DNA of 64,000 nucleotides from an uncultured Bacteroidia bacterium. Its GTDB lineage: Bacteria > Bacteroidota > Bacteroidia > NS11-12g > UBA955. The position numbers and the translations under genes were made by a program. The stretch is from assembly GCA_943788195.1 (NCBI GenBank), contig CALSPH010000002.1, positions 294,294 through 358,293 of the forward strand, in the 5' to 3' direction. The notes under the pieces were generated by a model, which was given only the letters and a program-made list of their open reading frames with translations, had not been told where the DNA came from and made no database searches. Positions 30,198 through 40,201 of the stretch are shown here, one piece after another (position 1 is the first letter of the stretch; every line of letters starts with the position of its first letter).

Positions 30198-30818
30198 TTA
30201 CAATTCTTTGCGTTTAAATAGGCAAAAAACAAATTCCTGCTCTGTTCCAAAAGGAGTCTGATGCGCTTCCAATTTACTGTCGACTAACTCAAACTGACCT
30301 CCAAACAATTCTGTCAACTCTTCTGGGTTGTATTGAGAAATTTCTAAGCCACTGCATTTCCTTGGACCCGCTTTAGAAAAAGTGCCGATACACAAATAAT
30401 TATGTGCCATTCGATTAACTTGCTCAACATATTTTTGTTTCTCAGCTTCTGTTGTTAAGAAATGAAACACAGCACGATCATTCCAATAGTCAAAAGATGC
30501 ATCACTTGTAAAATTCAGCACATCCGTTTCAACCAAAGTTACCTTATCTAAATCCTGTTCCAGTAATTCATCGGACAATTGTTTCAAAGCATTTGCAGAA
30601 ACATCCAATGCCGTCAGTTGCTGAAACCCCGTATTTAACCAAAACTCGAGCATTCCTTTTCGTCCTGATCCAACATCAATCAATTTAGCATCCGAGGCTA
30701 ATTCAGCCTGATTAAAGAAGGATGCAGCAACACCTAAATTGAGCTGTGTCCAGCTCACTTCATTGGATGATTTATGCGCATAAATTTGTTCCCAATGCTT
30801 TTTGTTCACTCCATCCAT
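30198..30818 (-). CDS. Class I SAM-dependent methyltransferase
   Basis: HWEQIY..VSWTQ, IDVGSG, WNDRAVFHFL, GTFS..GP.KCSGL, HQTPFGTEQEF. Confidence 0.85.
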   Translation of the reverse strand: MDGVNKKHWEQIYAHKSSNEVSWTQLNLGVAASFFNQAELASDAKLIDVGSGRKGMLEFWLNTGFQQLTALDVSANALKQLSDELLEQDLDKVTLVETDVLNFTSDASFDYWNDRAVFHFLTTEAEKQKYVEQVNRMAHNYLCIGTFSKAGPRKCSGLEISQYNPEELTELFGGQFELVDSKLEAHQTPFGTEQEFVFCLFKRKEL

Positions 30819-30907
30819 CTGCAATGCAATTAGGGCATTAAACGTGGAAAAAGCAAGTTTATAAAACAAATTTTAGTTTTAAACTTTAATTACCTTTGAA
30901 CAAGCAG

Positions 30908-31930
30908 ATGAATCCCAATTTAAACCCGGATAAAGACCCGAATAATACCGAACAGGATATCGAAGCCGTCCTCAGACCTGCTGAATTCAGTGAATTCCAT
31001 GGTCAAGATAGCATTCTCGAGAATCTTAAAATATTTGTAAAAGCTGCGAAACAGCGTGGTGAAGCATTGGATCATGTATTGTTACATGGCCCTCCTGGTT
31101 TGGGAAAAACTACTTTGGCCAATATTATCGCCAATGAGCTTCAATCTGATTTAAAATTAACCAGCGGACCTGTATTAGAAAAACCAGGTGATTTGGCTGG
31201 AATGCTTACCAATTTAGATGAAGGAGATGTCCTCTTTATAGATGAAATACATCGTCTTTCTCCTGTGGTTGAAGAATACTTATATTCTGCCATGGAGGAC
31301 TATCAAATTGATATCATGATTGATACTGGACCCAGTGCAAGAAGTGTTCAAATTACCATTGAGCCATTTACTTTGGTGGGAGCAACCACACGAAGTGGTT
31401 TATTAACTTCTCCTTTGCGCGCTCGTTTTGGAATAACCAGCCGTTTACAATATTATAATACTGAAATACTCTCTGGGATTGTGATTCGCAGTGCAGGAAT
31501 ACTAAACGTGCCGATAGAGAAGGAGGCCAGTATAGAAATAGCTCGAAGAAGTAGAGGTACTCCTCGAATAGCCAACGCATTGCTTCGCAGAACGCGTGAT
31601 TTTGCCCAAGTAAAAGGAGATGGCACCATCAGTCTTGAAATCGCTCAATATGCGCTGAACGCTTTAAATGTGGACAGTCATGGCTTGGATGAAATGGATA
31701 ACAAAATCTTAAATACCATTATCGATAAGTTTAAAGGTGGGCCGGTGGGTATTAATACCATTGCCACAGCAGTAGGTGAAGAAGCAGGCACAATTGAAGA
31801 AGTGTATGAGCCTTTTCTGATACAAGAAGGATTTCTCCAACGTACCGCACGGGGACGTGAAGTAACTTTGAATGCCTATGAACATTTGGGTAAAATCAAA
31901 CACCCCACACAAGGCGATTCCTTGTTTTGA
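30908..31930 (+). CDS. ruvB: Holliday junction helicase RuvB
   Basis: [50 protein letters not shown]. Confidence 0.98.
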   Translation: MNPNLNPDKDPNNTEQDIEAVLRPAEFSEFHGQDSILENLKIFVKAAKQRGEALDHVLLHGPPGLGKTTLANIIANELQSDLKLTSGPVLEKPGDLAGMLTNLDEGDVLFIDEIHRLSPVVEEYLYSAMEDYQIDIMIDTGPSARSVQITIEPFTLVGATTRSGLLTSPLRARFGITSRLQYYNTEILSGIVIRSAGILNVPIEKEASIEIARRSRGTPRIANALLRRTRDFAQVKGDGTISLEIAQYALNALNVDSHGLDEMDNKILNTIIDKFKGGPVGINTIATAVGEEAGTIEEVYEPFLIQEGFLQRTARGREVTLNAYEHLGKIKHPTQGDSLF

Positions 31931-32847
31931 GCAATTCTACAAATACATCCATACTTAAAACTGAGGCTGCTCGACTGGGTTTCTCTTTTTGTGGAATTGC
32001 CCAAGCTGAACGATTAGATCAAGAAGCTATTCAACTTGAAAATTGGCTAGCCAAGGGGTATCATGGAAAAATGGGATATATGGAAAACCATTTTGACAAG
32101 CGTGTGGACCCAAGAAAGTTAGTACCTGGCGCTAAGTCAGTCATTTGTCTCATTTATAATTACTACCCAAAAGAAGAACTCAAAAGTAAAGAACATAAGA
32201 TTGCTCGATATGCATATGGCGAAGATTACCATCATGTAATCAAAGAAAAGTTGAGCAAATTGGTTCATGTGGTAAGTCCAGATTTGGGGGAATTTGAAGG
32301 TCGTGTTTTTACCGACAGCGCCCCTGTCATGGAACGACAATGGGCTGCCAAAGCAGGATTGGGTTGGCTTGGAAAGAACACACTATTATTGAACAAAGAA
32401 ATGGGCTCTTATTTCTTTATCGCAACAATTATTAGCGATTGGGAATTTGAATACGATCAACCCATAAGGGATTACTGTGGTACTTGCACCGCTTGTATAG
32501 ATGCCTGTCCTACCGAAGCGATAAACCCTGCTGGTTTTCTTGAGGCCAATAAGTGCATTTCATATTTAACGATTGAACTGAAGGATGAAATCCCTTCTGA
32601 GTTTAAAGGCAAAATGGATCATTGGGCTTTTGGTTGTGATGTTTGTCAAGAGGTTTGTCCATGGAATCGTTTCTCCCAACCGCATCAAGAAAAGGCTTTT
32701 AAGCCCAATGAATTATTGCAGGCAATGGATGACAAGCAATGGGAGGAAATCACCCAAGAGATTTTCAGCCAAATGTTTAAGAGGTCTGCTATTAAAAGAA
32801 CTAAGTTTAAAGGCTTAAAGCGAAATATTCGATTTTTGACAGACTAA
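31927..32847 (+). CDS. queG: Epoxyqueuosine reductase
   Basis: [60 protein letters not shown]. Confidence 0.96.
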   Translation: MSNSTNTSILKTEAARLGFSFCGIAQAERLDQEAIQLENWLAKGYHGKMGYMENHFDKRVDPRKLVPGAKSVICLIYNYYPKEELKSKEHKIARYAYGEDYHHVIKEKLSKLVHVVSPDLGEFEGRVFTDSAPVMERQWAAKAGLGWLGKNTLLLNKEMGSYFFIATIISDWEFEYDQPIRDYCGTCTACIDACPTEAINPAGFLEANKCISYLTIELKDEIPSEFKGKMDHWAFGCDVCQEVCPWNRFSQPHQEKAFKPNELLQAMDDKQWEEITQEIFSQMFKRSAIKRTKFKGLKRNIRFLTD

Positions 32848-32889
32848 ATGCATGTCCACCTACATATTATTGTATTTTTGATTAGTCAT

Positions 32890-34953
32890 ATGAATTCTTC
32901 TAAGGCTTTTACTCTACTATCTCTACTATGCCTAATTACTGGATTACCTTCGGCTCAAGCCCAATCAAAGGTGGCCTATTTAGCCGAATTTAACACCGGT
33001 TTTGACCTATGTGAATTACACGAAATGAACATTTCCTATGGCACTAAAATCGGCAACATAGTGACCCTGAATTTAGATCAAGAAGATGTACAAAAACTCC
33101 ATTCATTTCCAAGACTGCTACTTCTTAAAAAAGCAGCTAAAGTTTATCCAGAATTGAAAAGAGCAATCCCTGATCTTAGGGCGGATAGCGTTTGCATGGC
33201 CACCGAACTAGAAACGGGCTACACAGGTAAAGATGTAATCATTGGGGTAACCGATTGGGGTTTCGACTATACCCATCCCATGTTTTATGATACTGCGCTG
33301 CAAGAAACACGCATCTTAGCTGCATGGGACCAATTCAAAACAAGCGGCCCACACCCTGCAGGATACTCATACGGAACCATGCATGAAGGAACTGCGGCTT
33401 TAATGCAAGCCGAAAAAGACACCTTTAATGTGTATGATTATGCTACGCATGGAAGTCATGTTGCGGGCATTGCCGGTGGAGGTGGCGCTGGTATTGGACT
33501 CAAAGGAGTTGCTTATGACGCCAATTTCTTAATGGTTACATTTTTAATAAATGAAGCAGCAGTTATTGATGGAATTGCATGGATGAAGAAGAAAGCGGAT
33601 CAATACAAAAAACGTTTAGTAATTAATATGAGTTGGGGTTTATACAATTTCGGCACCCTCGATGGTACATCCTTGTTAAGTAAAGCGCTCGATTCATTCT
33701 CAAATCAAGGCGTGGTGTTTGTTACCTCGGGCGGAAACAATGGTGGTGTGAATTTTCACATAAAAAAGGATTTCAATCAAGATTCAATTCAAACTCGAAT
33801 AGATTTTTATCCCTTTAATGCACATCCTCATATGTGGGGACAAAGTATCAGTATGTGGGGCGAGCAAGGCAAGCCCTTTTCATTTCAAGTTTTACTACTC
33901 AATGGAGCAAAGCAAACAATATACAGTTCAAAGGAGTTTAATACTTCCACACATCTTGGGTATTTCGATACAAGTATCATCATTGGATTAGACACTTTTA
34001 CCTATAATCTCAGCGGTTCAAATAACCACCCGCATAATAACAACCCAAATTTTCAGTTGCGGGTTCAGGATAAACGGAATAAATTTATTGTAGGTCTTAA
34101 GTCATGGTCTAGTTCCGGAACGGTTCATTATTACAATCTAGTGGAATTAACCAATGGAGTTGGTAACTGGGGATTGCCCTTTACCTCCATAAAACCAGGC
34201 TGGTTAAATGGAGACAATGCATATGGCCTTGGCGAACCGGCATCTAACCGATCAGTCATCACCGTGGCTGCACACGTACCTGAAATCAAATTGCAAAGTG
34301 GTCAAATTGCTGGTGGCGGGCTGGCTAACTTCTCGAGCCGTGGACCGACCATAGACGAACGTTCTAAACCCGATATTTCTGGACCAGGTGTAGATATTGA
34401 ATCTTCCATTTCTTCGTTTACCACAAGGGATTATACCCTGACCCGCAATGTCAATTTTAAAGGGAAAGACTTTCCAATGGCGCGCTTTTCAGGCACCAGT
34501 ATGTCTTCGCCTGCAACTGCAGGTGTGGTTGCAATGATGTTGCAGGCCAACTCCAGCTTATCTGCAGAGCAGGTTAAATTCATCCTAAAAACAACTGCAC
34601 GTCAGGACCTACGAACAGGAGTTATAGGCGATACTGCATCCAAATCCTGGGGATGGGGTAAAGTAAATGCGCTTGCAGCAGTTCAAATGGCTGAGCGGAT
34701 GAGACCAAGCATACCTTCAGACTCAGTTCCTCCCAAATATCAGATATACCCCAATCCAGCTAAAGATAAACTATTCTTTTCGGGTGACTGGAATTCCGTT
34801 TACACTGCTACGCTTTACGATTTAAAAGGCAAAATCATAATAACTGGAATGATTGGGTCACATACTTTCTTACCACTTGGCCATATCCAAGATGGGTTTT
34901 ATTTGCTCAAGATTGAAGGGTTCAGCGATATTTTCCGAGTGGTATTGAACTAG
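32890..34953 (+). CDS. S8 subtilisin-like peptidase with T9SS type A CTD
   Basis: Triad VTDWG / HGSHVAG / GTSMSSP; large insert in the catalytic domain; CTD IYPNPAKD..YDLKGK..GFYLLKI. Start could also be 32848. Confidence 0.92.
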   Translation: MNSSKAFTLLSLLCLITGLPSAQAQSKVAYLAEFNTGFDLCELHEMNISYGTKIGNIVTLNLDQEDVQKLHSFPRLLLLKKAAKVYPELKRAIPDLRADSVCMATELETGYTGKDVIIGVTDWGFDYTHPMFYDTALQETRILAAWDQFKTSGPHPAGYSYGTMHEGTAALMQAEKDTFNVYDYATHGSHVAGIAGGGGAGIGLKGVAYDANFLMVTFLINEAAVIDGIAWMKKKADQYKKRLVINMSWGLYNFGTLDGTSLLSKALDSFSNQGVVFVTSGGNNGGVNFHIKKDFNQDSIQTRIDFYPFNAHPHMWGQSISMWGEQGKPFSFQVLLLNGAKQTIYSSKEFNTSTHLGYFDTSIIIGLDTFTYNLSGSNNHPHNNNPNFQLRVQDKRNKFIVGLKSWSSSGTVHYYNLVELTNGVGNWGLPFTSIKPGWLNGDNAYGLGEPASNRSVITVAAHVPEIKLQSGQIAGGGLANFSSRGPTIDERSKPDISGPGVDIESSISSFTTRDYTLTRNVNFKGKDFPMARFSGTSMSSPATAGVVAMMLQANSSLSAEQVKFILKTTARQDLRTGVIGDTASKSWGWGKVNALAAVQMAERMRPSIPSDSVPPKYQIYPNPAKDKLFFSGDWNSVYTATLYDLKGKIIITGMIGSHTFLPLGHIQDGFYLLKIEGFSDIFRVVLN

Positions 34954-34992
34954 GGAAACAATAATTTAAATTCCTCAAAGAACATTACCCAT

Positions 34993-35022
34993 AAAAAAAG
35001 GGACCCACTAGGAGCCCCTTTT
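34993..35022 (-). terminator. Rho-independent terminator facing the minus strand
   Basis: Minus strand AAAAGGGGCTC-CTAGT-GGGTCCCTTTTTTT; the stem has two G.U pairs that work only in minus-strand RNA. Confidence 0.75.
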
Positions 35023-35144
35023 CAAGCATACTTTATCTCTTATATTACCACTCGCATGGCAATTCGTTCATACTGAGTCCAAAATGCGTACCAGACTATA
35101 TTTTAAATTAAAAAGAAGTAACGTTCATAGCATACTTTTTGATT
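34993..35144 (-). ncRNA. Candidate ~150-nt small RNA or micro-ORF transcript
   Basis: TACTTTTG -7 box at 35156-35149 and an oriented terminator at 35022-34993 with no long ORF between them. Confidence 0.45.
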
Positions 35145-35272
35145 TAATCAAAAGTAGATTAGCTTTTGAAAACAGGCAATACGCACAAATACGTATTATG
35201 CATACGTATAATTTCAATATTCCCTTTTCAAGATACATTTATTCCTGAATAAGCCCTATTTTTGCCGCATTC

Positions 35273-37042
35273 ATGAATACGGAAGCTCATCTTGAAAACA
35301 GCGTAAAAGAAGCCCTTAAAAGCCTATTTGAAACAGAAATTGACCCAAAGCAAATTAAGATTGAACTCACCAATCCAGACTTTGAAGGAGATTTTACGGT
35401 TTTGGTATTTCCCTTTGTGCGATTCAGCAAGAAATCTCCTGAGGAAACTGCCGATATGTTGGGGCAAGAATTGAGAAAATCCAACCCATGGATTATCAAT
35501 CACAATGTAATTAAAGGTTTCTTAAATCTGAGCTTAAGCCATTCATATTGGCTTGATTGGTTAAAAAACGTGGATCTAAGCACCATCGGAAAAGCGGAAA
35601 ACAAACCTGCGGAAAAGGTGATTGTAGAATATTCGTCACCCAATACTAATAAACCCTTGCACCTTGGACATATCCGAAATAACCTTTTGGGTTACAGTGT
35701 AAGCGAACTGCTTCAGTTTTACGGATACGATACCAAGAAAGTAAATCTAGTAAACGACCGGGGCATCCATATTTGCAAAAGCATGCTTGCTTACCAACGT
35801 TTTGGGAACGATGAAACACCCGAAAGCGCTGGCGTTAAAGGAGATCATTTGATTGGCAAATATTATGTAGTTTTCGACCTCGAATACAAAAAAGAAATCC
35901 AGTCCTTAATAGATGCAGGCTTAAGTGAAGATGACGCAAAAAAGCAAGCTCCACTTATACTAGAAGCGCAAGCGATGCTTCAAAAATGGGAGGCCAATGA
36001 GACCGAAACCGTTGCACTTTGGAAGAAACTAAATGAGTGGGTGTATGCCGGTTTCAATGAAACCTATACTACTTTAGGAGTAAGCTTCGATAAATTCTAT
36101 TATGAATCGGAGACCTACTTATTGGGTAAGGATATTGTACAAGAGGGACTCTCGAAAGGACTTTTTTATAAGAAAGAGGATGACTCGGTATGGATTGATT
36201 TAGAAAAAGAAAAATTAGATCATAAATTACTGCAGCGTGGAGATGGAACTTCAGTCTATATGACCCAAGATATGGGCACTGCAGATCTCAAATACAAGGA
36301 TTTTGGATGTGACAAATCCATCATTGTGGTGGGAAATGAGCAAGACTATCACTTCAAAGTGTTGTTTAGCATCATGGATAAACTTGGAAGGCCTTATGCC
36401 AAAGGGAATTACCACCTTTCGTATGGCATGGTTGATTTACCCAGTGGTAAAATGAAAAGCCGTGAAGGCACTGTGGTAGATGCAGACGATTTAATGGCTG
36501 AGATGATTGCGGATGCCAAAGAAAAAACAGAAACTCTAGGCAAAACGGATGGCATGTCTGAAGCGGAAAAGAATCAATTGTATTACGATATTGGAATGGC
36601 AGCATTGAAATACTTTATTCTAAAAGTAGACCCTTCCAAACGCATGTTATTTGACCCCAAAGAGTCGATCGATTTACAAGGCGATACAGGACCCTTTATT
36701 CAATACAGTTATACCCGAATTCGATCCATACTTCGCCAGGCTGAAAATTCAGAAGTGCATACGGATCAAGCATTGGAAACATCCGAACGCAATCTCGTGT
36801 TGCTACTAAGCCAATTTGGCAACGTGGTTAAAAAAGGTGTGGATCAATACAGCCCGGCACTTGTGGCGAATTACATATACGAGCTAGCGCGGAGTTTTAA
36901 CAAACTATATGCGGAGGTACCCTTATTAAAAGAGATGGATGAAGCAAAAAAAGCCAATCGAATGGCATTTTGTACGCTTACCGCCCATGTCCTAAAATCA
37001 GGCTTAGGAATATTGGGAATTAATGCACCTGAAAGAATGTAG
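35273..37042 (+). CDS. argS: Arginine--tRNA ligase
   Basis: VEYSSPNTNKPLHLGHIRN, DGTSVYMTQD, KMKSREG, GDTGPFIQY, PERM end. Confidence 0.98.
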   Translation: MNTEAHLENSVKEALKSLFETEIDPKQIKIELTNPDFEGDFTVLVFPFVRFSKKSPEETADMLGQELRKSNPWIINHNVIKGFLNLSLSHSYWLDWLKNVDLSTIGKAENKPAEKVIVEYSSPNTNKPLHLGHIRNNLLGYSVSELLQFYGYDTKKVNLVNDRGIHICKSMLAYQRFGNDETPESAGVKGDHLIGKYYVVFDLEYKKEIQSLIDAGLSEDDAKKQAPLILEAQAMLQKWEANETETVALWKKLNEWVYAGFNETYTTLGVSFDKFYYESETYLLGKDIVQEGLSKGLFYKKEDDSVWIDLEKEKLDHKLLQRGDGTSVYMTQDMGTADLKYKDFGCDKSIIVVGNEQDYHFKVLFSIMDKLGRPYAKGNYHLSYGMVDLPSGKMKSREGTVVDADDLMAEMIADAKEKTETLGKTDGMSEAEKNQLYYDIGMAALKYFILKVDPSKRMLFDPKESIDLQGDTGPFIQYSYTRIRSILRQAENSEVHTDQALETSERNLVLLLSQFGNVVKKGVDQYSPALVANYIYELARSFNKLYAEVPLLKEMDEAKKANRMAFCTLTAHVLKSGLGILGINAPERM

Positions 37043-37107
37043 ACACTTGATAATGATGAACACTATCCCGTTGTTGATTGTTAATTTTACCTCTCTAATA
37101 ACCCCAC

Positions 37108-37625
37108 ATGAAAATACTCGCATTTGCTGGAAGCACCAGTTCAACATCCATTAATAAACAACTCGTAGAGTTTACCAGAAATTTGTTCACTGAGCATGAA
37201 TATGAAGTAGCGGATCTGAATGATTACGAAGTGCCCATTTACAGTTCTGATCGTGAGAAGGCTTCCGGAGTTCCAGAGCGAATCCATGCTTTTGCGGCCA
37301 AAATAGATGCTGCGGATCTGTTAATCATTTCACTCGCAGAACATAACGGTGCTTACAGCGCTGCATTCAAGAATCACTTTGACTGGCTTTCTCGTATTCA
37401 AGACCGCAAGGCCTGGGGGATAAAAACATCTTTGTAATGGCTACATCTCCTGGAGCCAGAGGTGGTAAAGGGGTATTGGAAATTGCAGCCGACCGATTTC
37501 CTCGCAATGGTGGAACAGTAGTTGGCACTTACTCCTTTCCTAGTTTCTATGATAATTTTAAGGATGGGCAAATTGAGAATGAAGCTTTGCTTGCAGAACT
37601 ACAGGAAAAAATAAACGCAATTTAA
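37108..37625 (+). pseudogene. NADPH-dependent FMN reductase, frameshifted
   Basis: KILAFAGS..SINK..AEHNGAYSAAFKN then ATSPGARGG in another frame; one more G in the G5 run at 37415-37419 restores WGDKNIFVMATSPG. Confidence 0.8.
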
Positions 37626-38092
37626 TCCTTCCAAACTCCAAAAAGCTCTTCTAGTTTTTTGTGGCGGTAATTAAAAATTCCTTTCAATTGCTTTTTCACG
37701 AATAGGCTGTGCGCGATGCTTCCTAAAAACCCGAGCGGCAATTTATAATCCACCTTATCAATACACTCCACGCCACCTTCAATCTTTCTAAAAAAGTGCT
37801 TGTGATGCCATAAAGCATAGGGTCCAAAGCGTTGCTCATCCACAAAATACTCTTTATCTGCAACATGGGTTATTTCTGTCATCCATGGCAAGGGGATACC
37901 TAAAACGGGTTTAACGGTATAGGTAATAATCTGCCCAGGATACATCTTTTCTCTTACATCGGTAGAGGTAATTTTAAAGCCCAAATGATCAGGCGTAATG
38001 GTTGCCAAATTCTTGGGAGATGAAAAAAACTCCCAAGCCTCTTCTAAAGTAATGGGAACCTTTTGTTTTGTTGTGATGGAGTAGAATGCCAT
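37622..38092 (-). CDS. SRPBCC/START-fold protein
   Basis: AWEFFSSPKNL..ITP, WMTEITHV, FVDEQRFGPYALWHHKH, IFNYR. Confidence 0.9.
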   Translation of the reverse strand: MAFYSITTKQKVPITLEEAWEFFSSPKNLATITPDHLGFKITSTDVREKMYPGQIITYTVKPVLGIPLPWMTEITHVADKEYFVDEQRFGPYALWHHKHFFRKIEGGVECIDKVDYKLPLGFLGSIAHSLFVKKQLKGIFNYRHKKLEELFGVWKD

Positions 38093-38128
38093 ATAGTAGG
38101 AATAACAAGCTGTCTACATTTTAGTTTG

Positions 38129-38154
38129 CAATAAGTTGTATATACAACTTATTG
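38129..38154. promoter_or_regulatory. 26-bp perfect palindrome, probable MarR operator
   Basis: CAATAAGTTGTATATACAACTTATTG between the divergent SRPBCC and marR-like genes, just upstream of a TACATTTG box (38158-38165). Confidence 0.75.
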
Positions 38155-38592
38155 TTATACATTTGTTCCATCAATTCATCTTATCCAAATATAGAAGCCT
38201 GTAATCCTACCCAATGCATTGCTTCTAAATTGATGAAAAGCCATCGCCTGATCAATACCCTGTTTCGCAAGCATATTGCCCGGCATGGTTTAACCAACAG
38301 CCAATGCAGCCAACTTTTAGTGCTATCGAAACGAAGAGAAATTAGTCAAAATACACTTGGTCAAGTGCTTTTTTTAGAAAAATCTTCTGTTAAACGGAAT
38401 ATGGAAAAATTGACCGAGCGTGGATATTTTGACAAAACAGCTCAACCTAAAATTGTAATTACCGCAGCAGGTCTTAAAAAAATTGACTCAGTGATCCCTG
38501 CTTGGAACGCGGCCATGCAGGAAGCCACCAACCTATTGGGTGATGATGGCATTGCAGCACTTGATCTTGTACTCATTAAATTGACTTCATAA
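38152..38592 (+). CDS. MarR family transcriptional regulator (start uncertain)
   Basis: HGLTNSQ..LL, SQNTLGQVLFLEKSSVKRNMEKL..RGY, ITAAG, PAW..A; Cys-rich N-terminus CNPTQC. Confidence 0.85.
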   Translation: MLYICSINSSYPNIEACNPTQCIASKLMKSHRLINTLFRKHIARHGLTNSQCSQLLVLSKRREISQNTLGQVLFLEKSSVKRNMEKLTERGYFDKTAQPKIVITAAGLKKIDSVIPAWNAAMQEATNLLGDDGIAALDLVLIKLTS

Positions 38593-38595
38593 AAT

Positions 38596-39291
38596 ATGTT
38601 ATCCCTATCCTACTACCTTCTCAGCTTACTCATGGTGTTTCTGATGCTACTTGCGATTTATAAACTTCAGAAAAAGAGAGGCAAAAACCCAAAACCAGCC
38701 ATCCAATACGCAATATTTATGCTTATTATTTGGTTTTCATACCTATTCAATCTATCCCTTTCAGGTTTTTTATTTGAGCTGCAAATGCCACCGCGCATTC
38801 CACTTTTTCTCTTTCTTCCTATTGCCATTTTCACTATCCTGTTTTGCCGTAGAGCAGTGAAGAGTGCATGGATCAAAGACCTTCCATTAACTTGGCTCAC
38901 CTACCCTCAGTGTTTCAGAATCTTCGTTGAGTTGATATTACTCTACACCTTTTATGCCGGTATCATTCCGAAAGAAGCCACCTTTGAAGGATTGAATTTT
39001 GATGTACTCATGGGTATCAGTGCGCCTTTTATGGCTTATTTCATCTTTCACAAAACACGCCTCAATAAAGGCATAGCAGTATTCTGGAATATCTTCGGGA
39101 TTCTTATGATCCTTTTTGTAGCCTTTATTATTGGAAGTTCCTTTTACAATCCAAGCATTTGGGGTCAATCTTCCACCATGGTTTCCAATCAATTCTTAGC
39201 ATTCCCTTACTTGTTGGTTGCAGGATTTCTTGCACCCCTAGGCATCTTCATGCATGCCGTTTCATTGGCTAAAATTAAGGCTATGAATTAA
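38596..39291 (+). CDS. Hypothetical multi-pass membrane protein co-transcribed with marR
   Basis: About 7 hydrophobic segments; QCFRIFVE, TFEGLNFDVLMG, FPY..V..FLAP..H motifs. Confidence 0.75.
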   Translation: MLSLSYYLLSLLMVFLMLLAIYKLQKKRGKNPKPAIQYAIFMLIIWFSYLFNLSLSGFLFELQMPPRIPLFLFLPIAIFTILFCRRAVKSAWIKDLPLTWLTYPQCFRIFVELILLYTFYAGIIPKEATFEGLNFDVLMGISAPFMAYFIFHKTRLNKGIAVFWNIFGILMILFVAFIIGSSFYNPSIWGQSSTMVSNQFLAFPYLLVAGFLAPLGIFMHAVSLAKIKAMN

Positions 39292-39321
39292 GTCGCAGAC
39301 TAAAAAACAAAATAATAATTA

Positions 39322-40110
39322 CTATTTAAGGAGTAAAATATCTGAGCTTTTCAGCATGAAATTTTTACGTTTATCTTTCAACCGCAAATCTGAAGTACCA
39401 TTCTTAACAGTGGCTTTGCCGAAATTCATTTGACTCATACTCAATTCTCCTTTTTTGAAGGTTATGTATTGCCGTATTTTATTCTTAAATGCTACCGTAT
39501 CTATTTGCTTGAGTGCAGTATCTTTTTTAATATAGTTGACATGAAAATAAGTATACATTAAAAGGATATGGGTTTCCTTATTCTTTGCGTTAGACCGTTC
39601 TAAATCTTTATCCAACATAGATAAGAACAAAGGGTTAATCATCTCAAAATCAAGTATATCCATTTCTACAATGGAAAAGTTAGCATTGCAACTTTTCACC
39701 TCTCCTTTGGAACAGCTTTCAATAAAAGAACGATCCACTTCTCTAGTAAAAACAAATGAGGCATATTTAGGTCTAGCTCCTATATTGTATTCATAAGAAA
39801 TGGGGTCAGTTGTGTACATTTTACAGCGTAAATTGCTATCGCTAAATGTCACTTCCTTTTTGTCTTTAAATTCGAACGTAACCTGATATCGTTTTATAAA
39901 ACTGTGCTTCGTTTCCTGTTCAAATAGCCCTACAGCACCTATTCTATAATTTTGACGTATTGAAATGTAATAATGTTTTTGATTAAGAGAATCTTTCTTA
40001 ACAGAAAAGCTATACCCTTTACCCACTAAAGTAGTATCCAGACTCATCTTTCCGTTAATCTCAGTACTTTTCGCCATGGTGGCTGTTGATGCAAGCAGCC
40101 CCAAAATCAT
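39322..40110 (-). CDS. Hypothetical exported protein
   Basis: 262-aa ORF with hydrophobic N-terminus; no recognised domain. Confidence 0.6.
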   Translation of the reverse strand: MILGLLASTATMAKSTEINGKMSLDTTLVGKGYSFSVKKDSLNQKHYYISIRQNYRIGAVGLFEQETKHSFIKRYQVTFEFKDKKEVTFSDSNLRCKMYTTDPISYEYNIGARPKYASFVFTREVDRSFIESCSKGEVKSCNANFSIVEMDILDFEMINPLFLSMLDKDLERSNAKNKETHILLMYTYFHVNYIKKDTALKQIDTVAFKNKIRQYITFKKGELSMSQMNFGKATVKNGTSDLRLKDKRKNFMLKSSDILLLK

Positions 40111-40201
40111 AGAAAAAATGAATCGTTTTGGAATATAAGATCAAAGGTAGGTCTTTTGGGAAATGATTAAAACGAATCACACACAAAATGGTTAGGTTAA
40201 T

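Noticed and set aside
35008-35133. TGA-readthrough (selenocysteine-type) ORF in the argS upstream region
   Set aside because: It would need two readthroughs, the product resembles nothing I recognise, and TGA is a normal stop elsewhere in the window.
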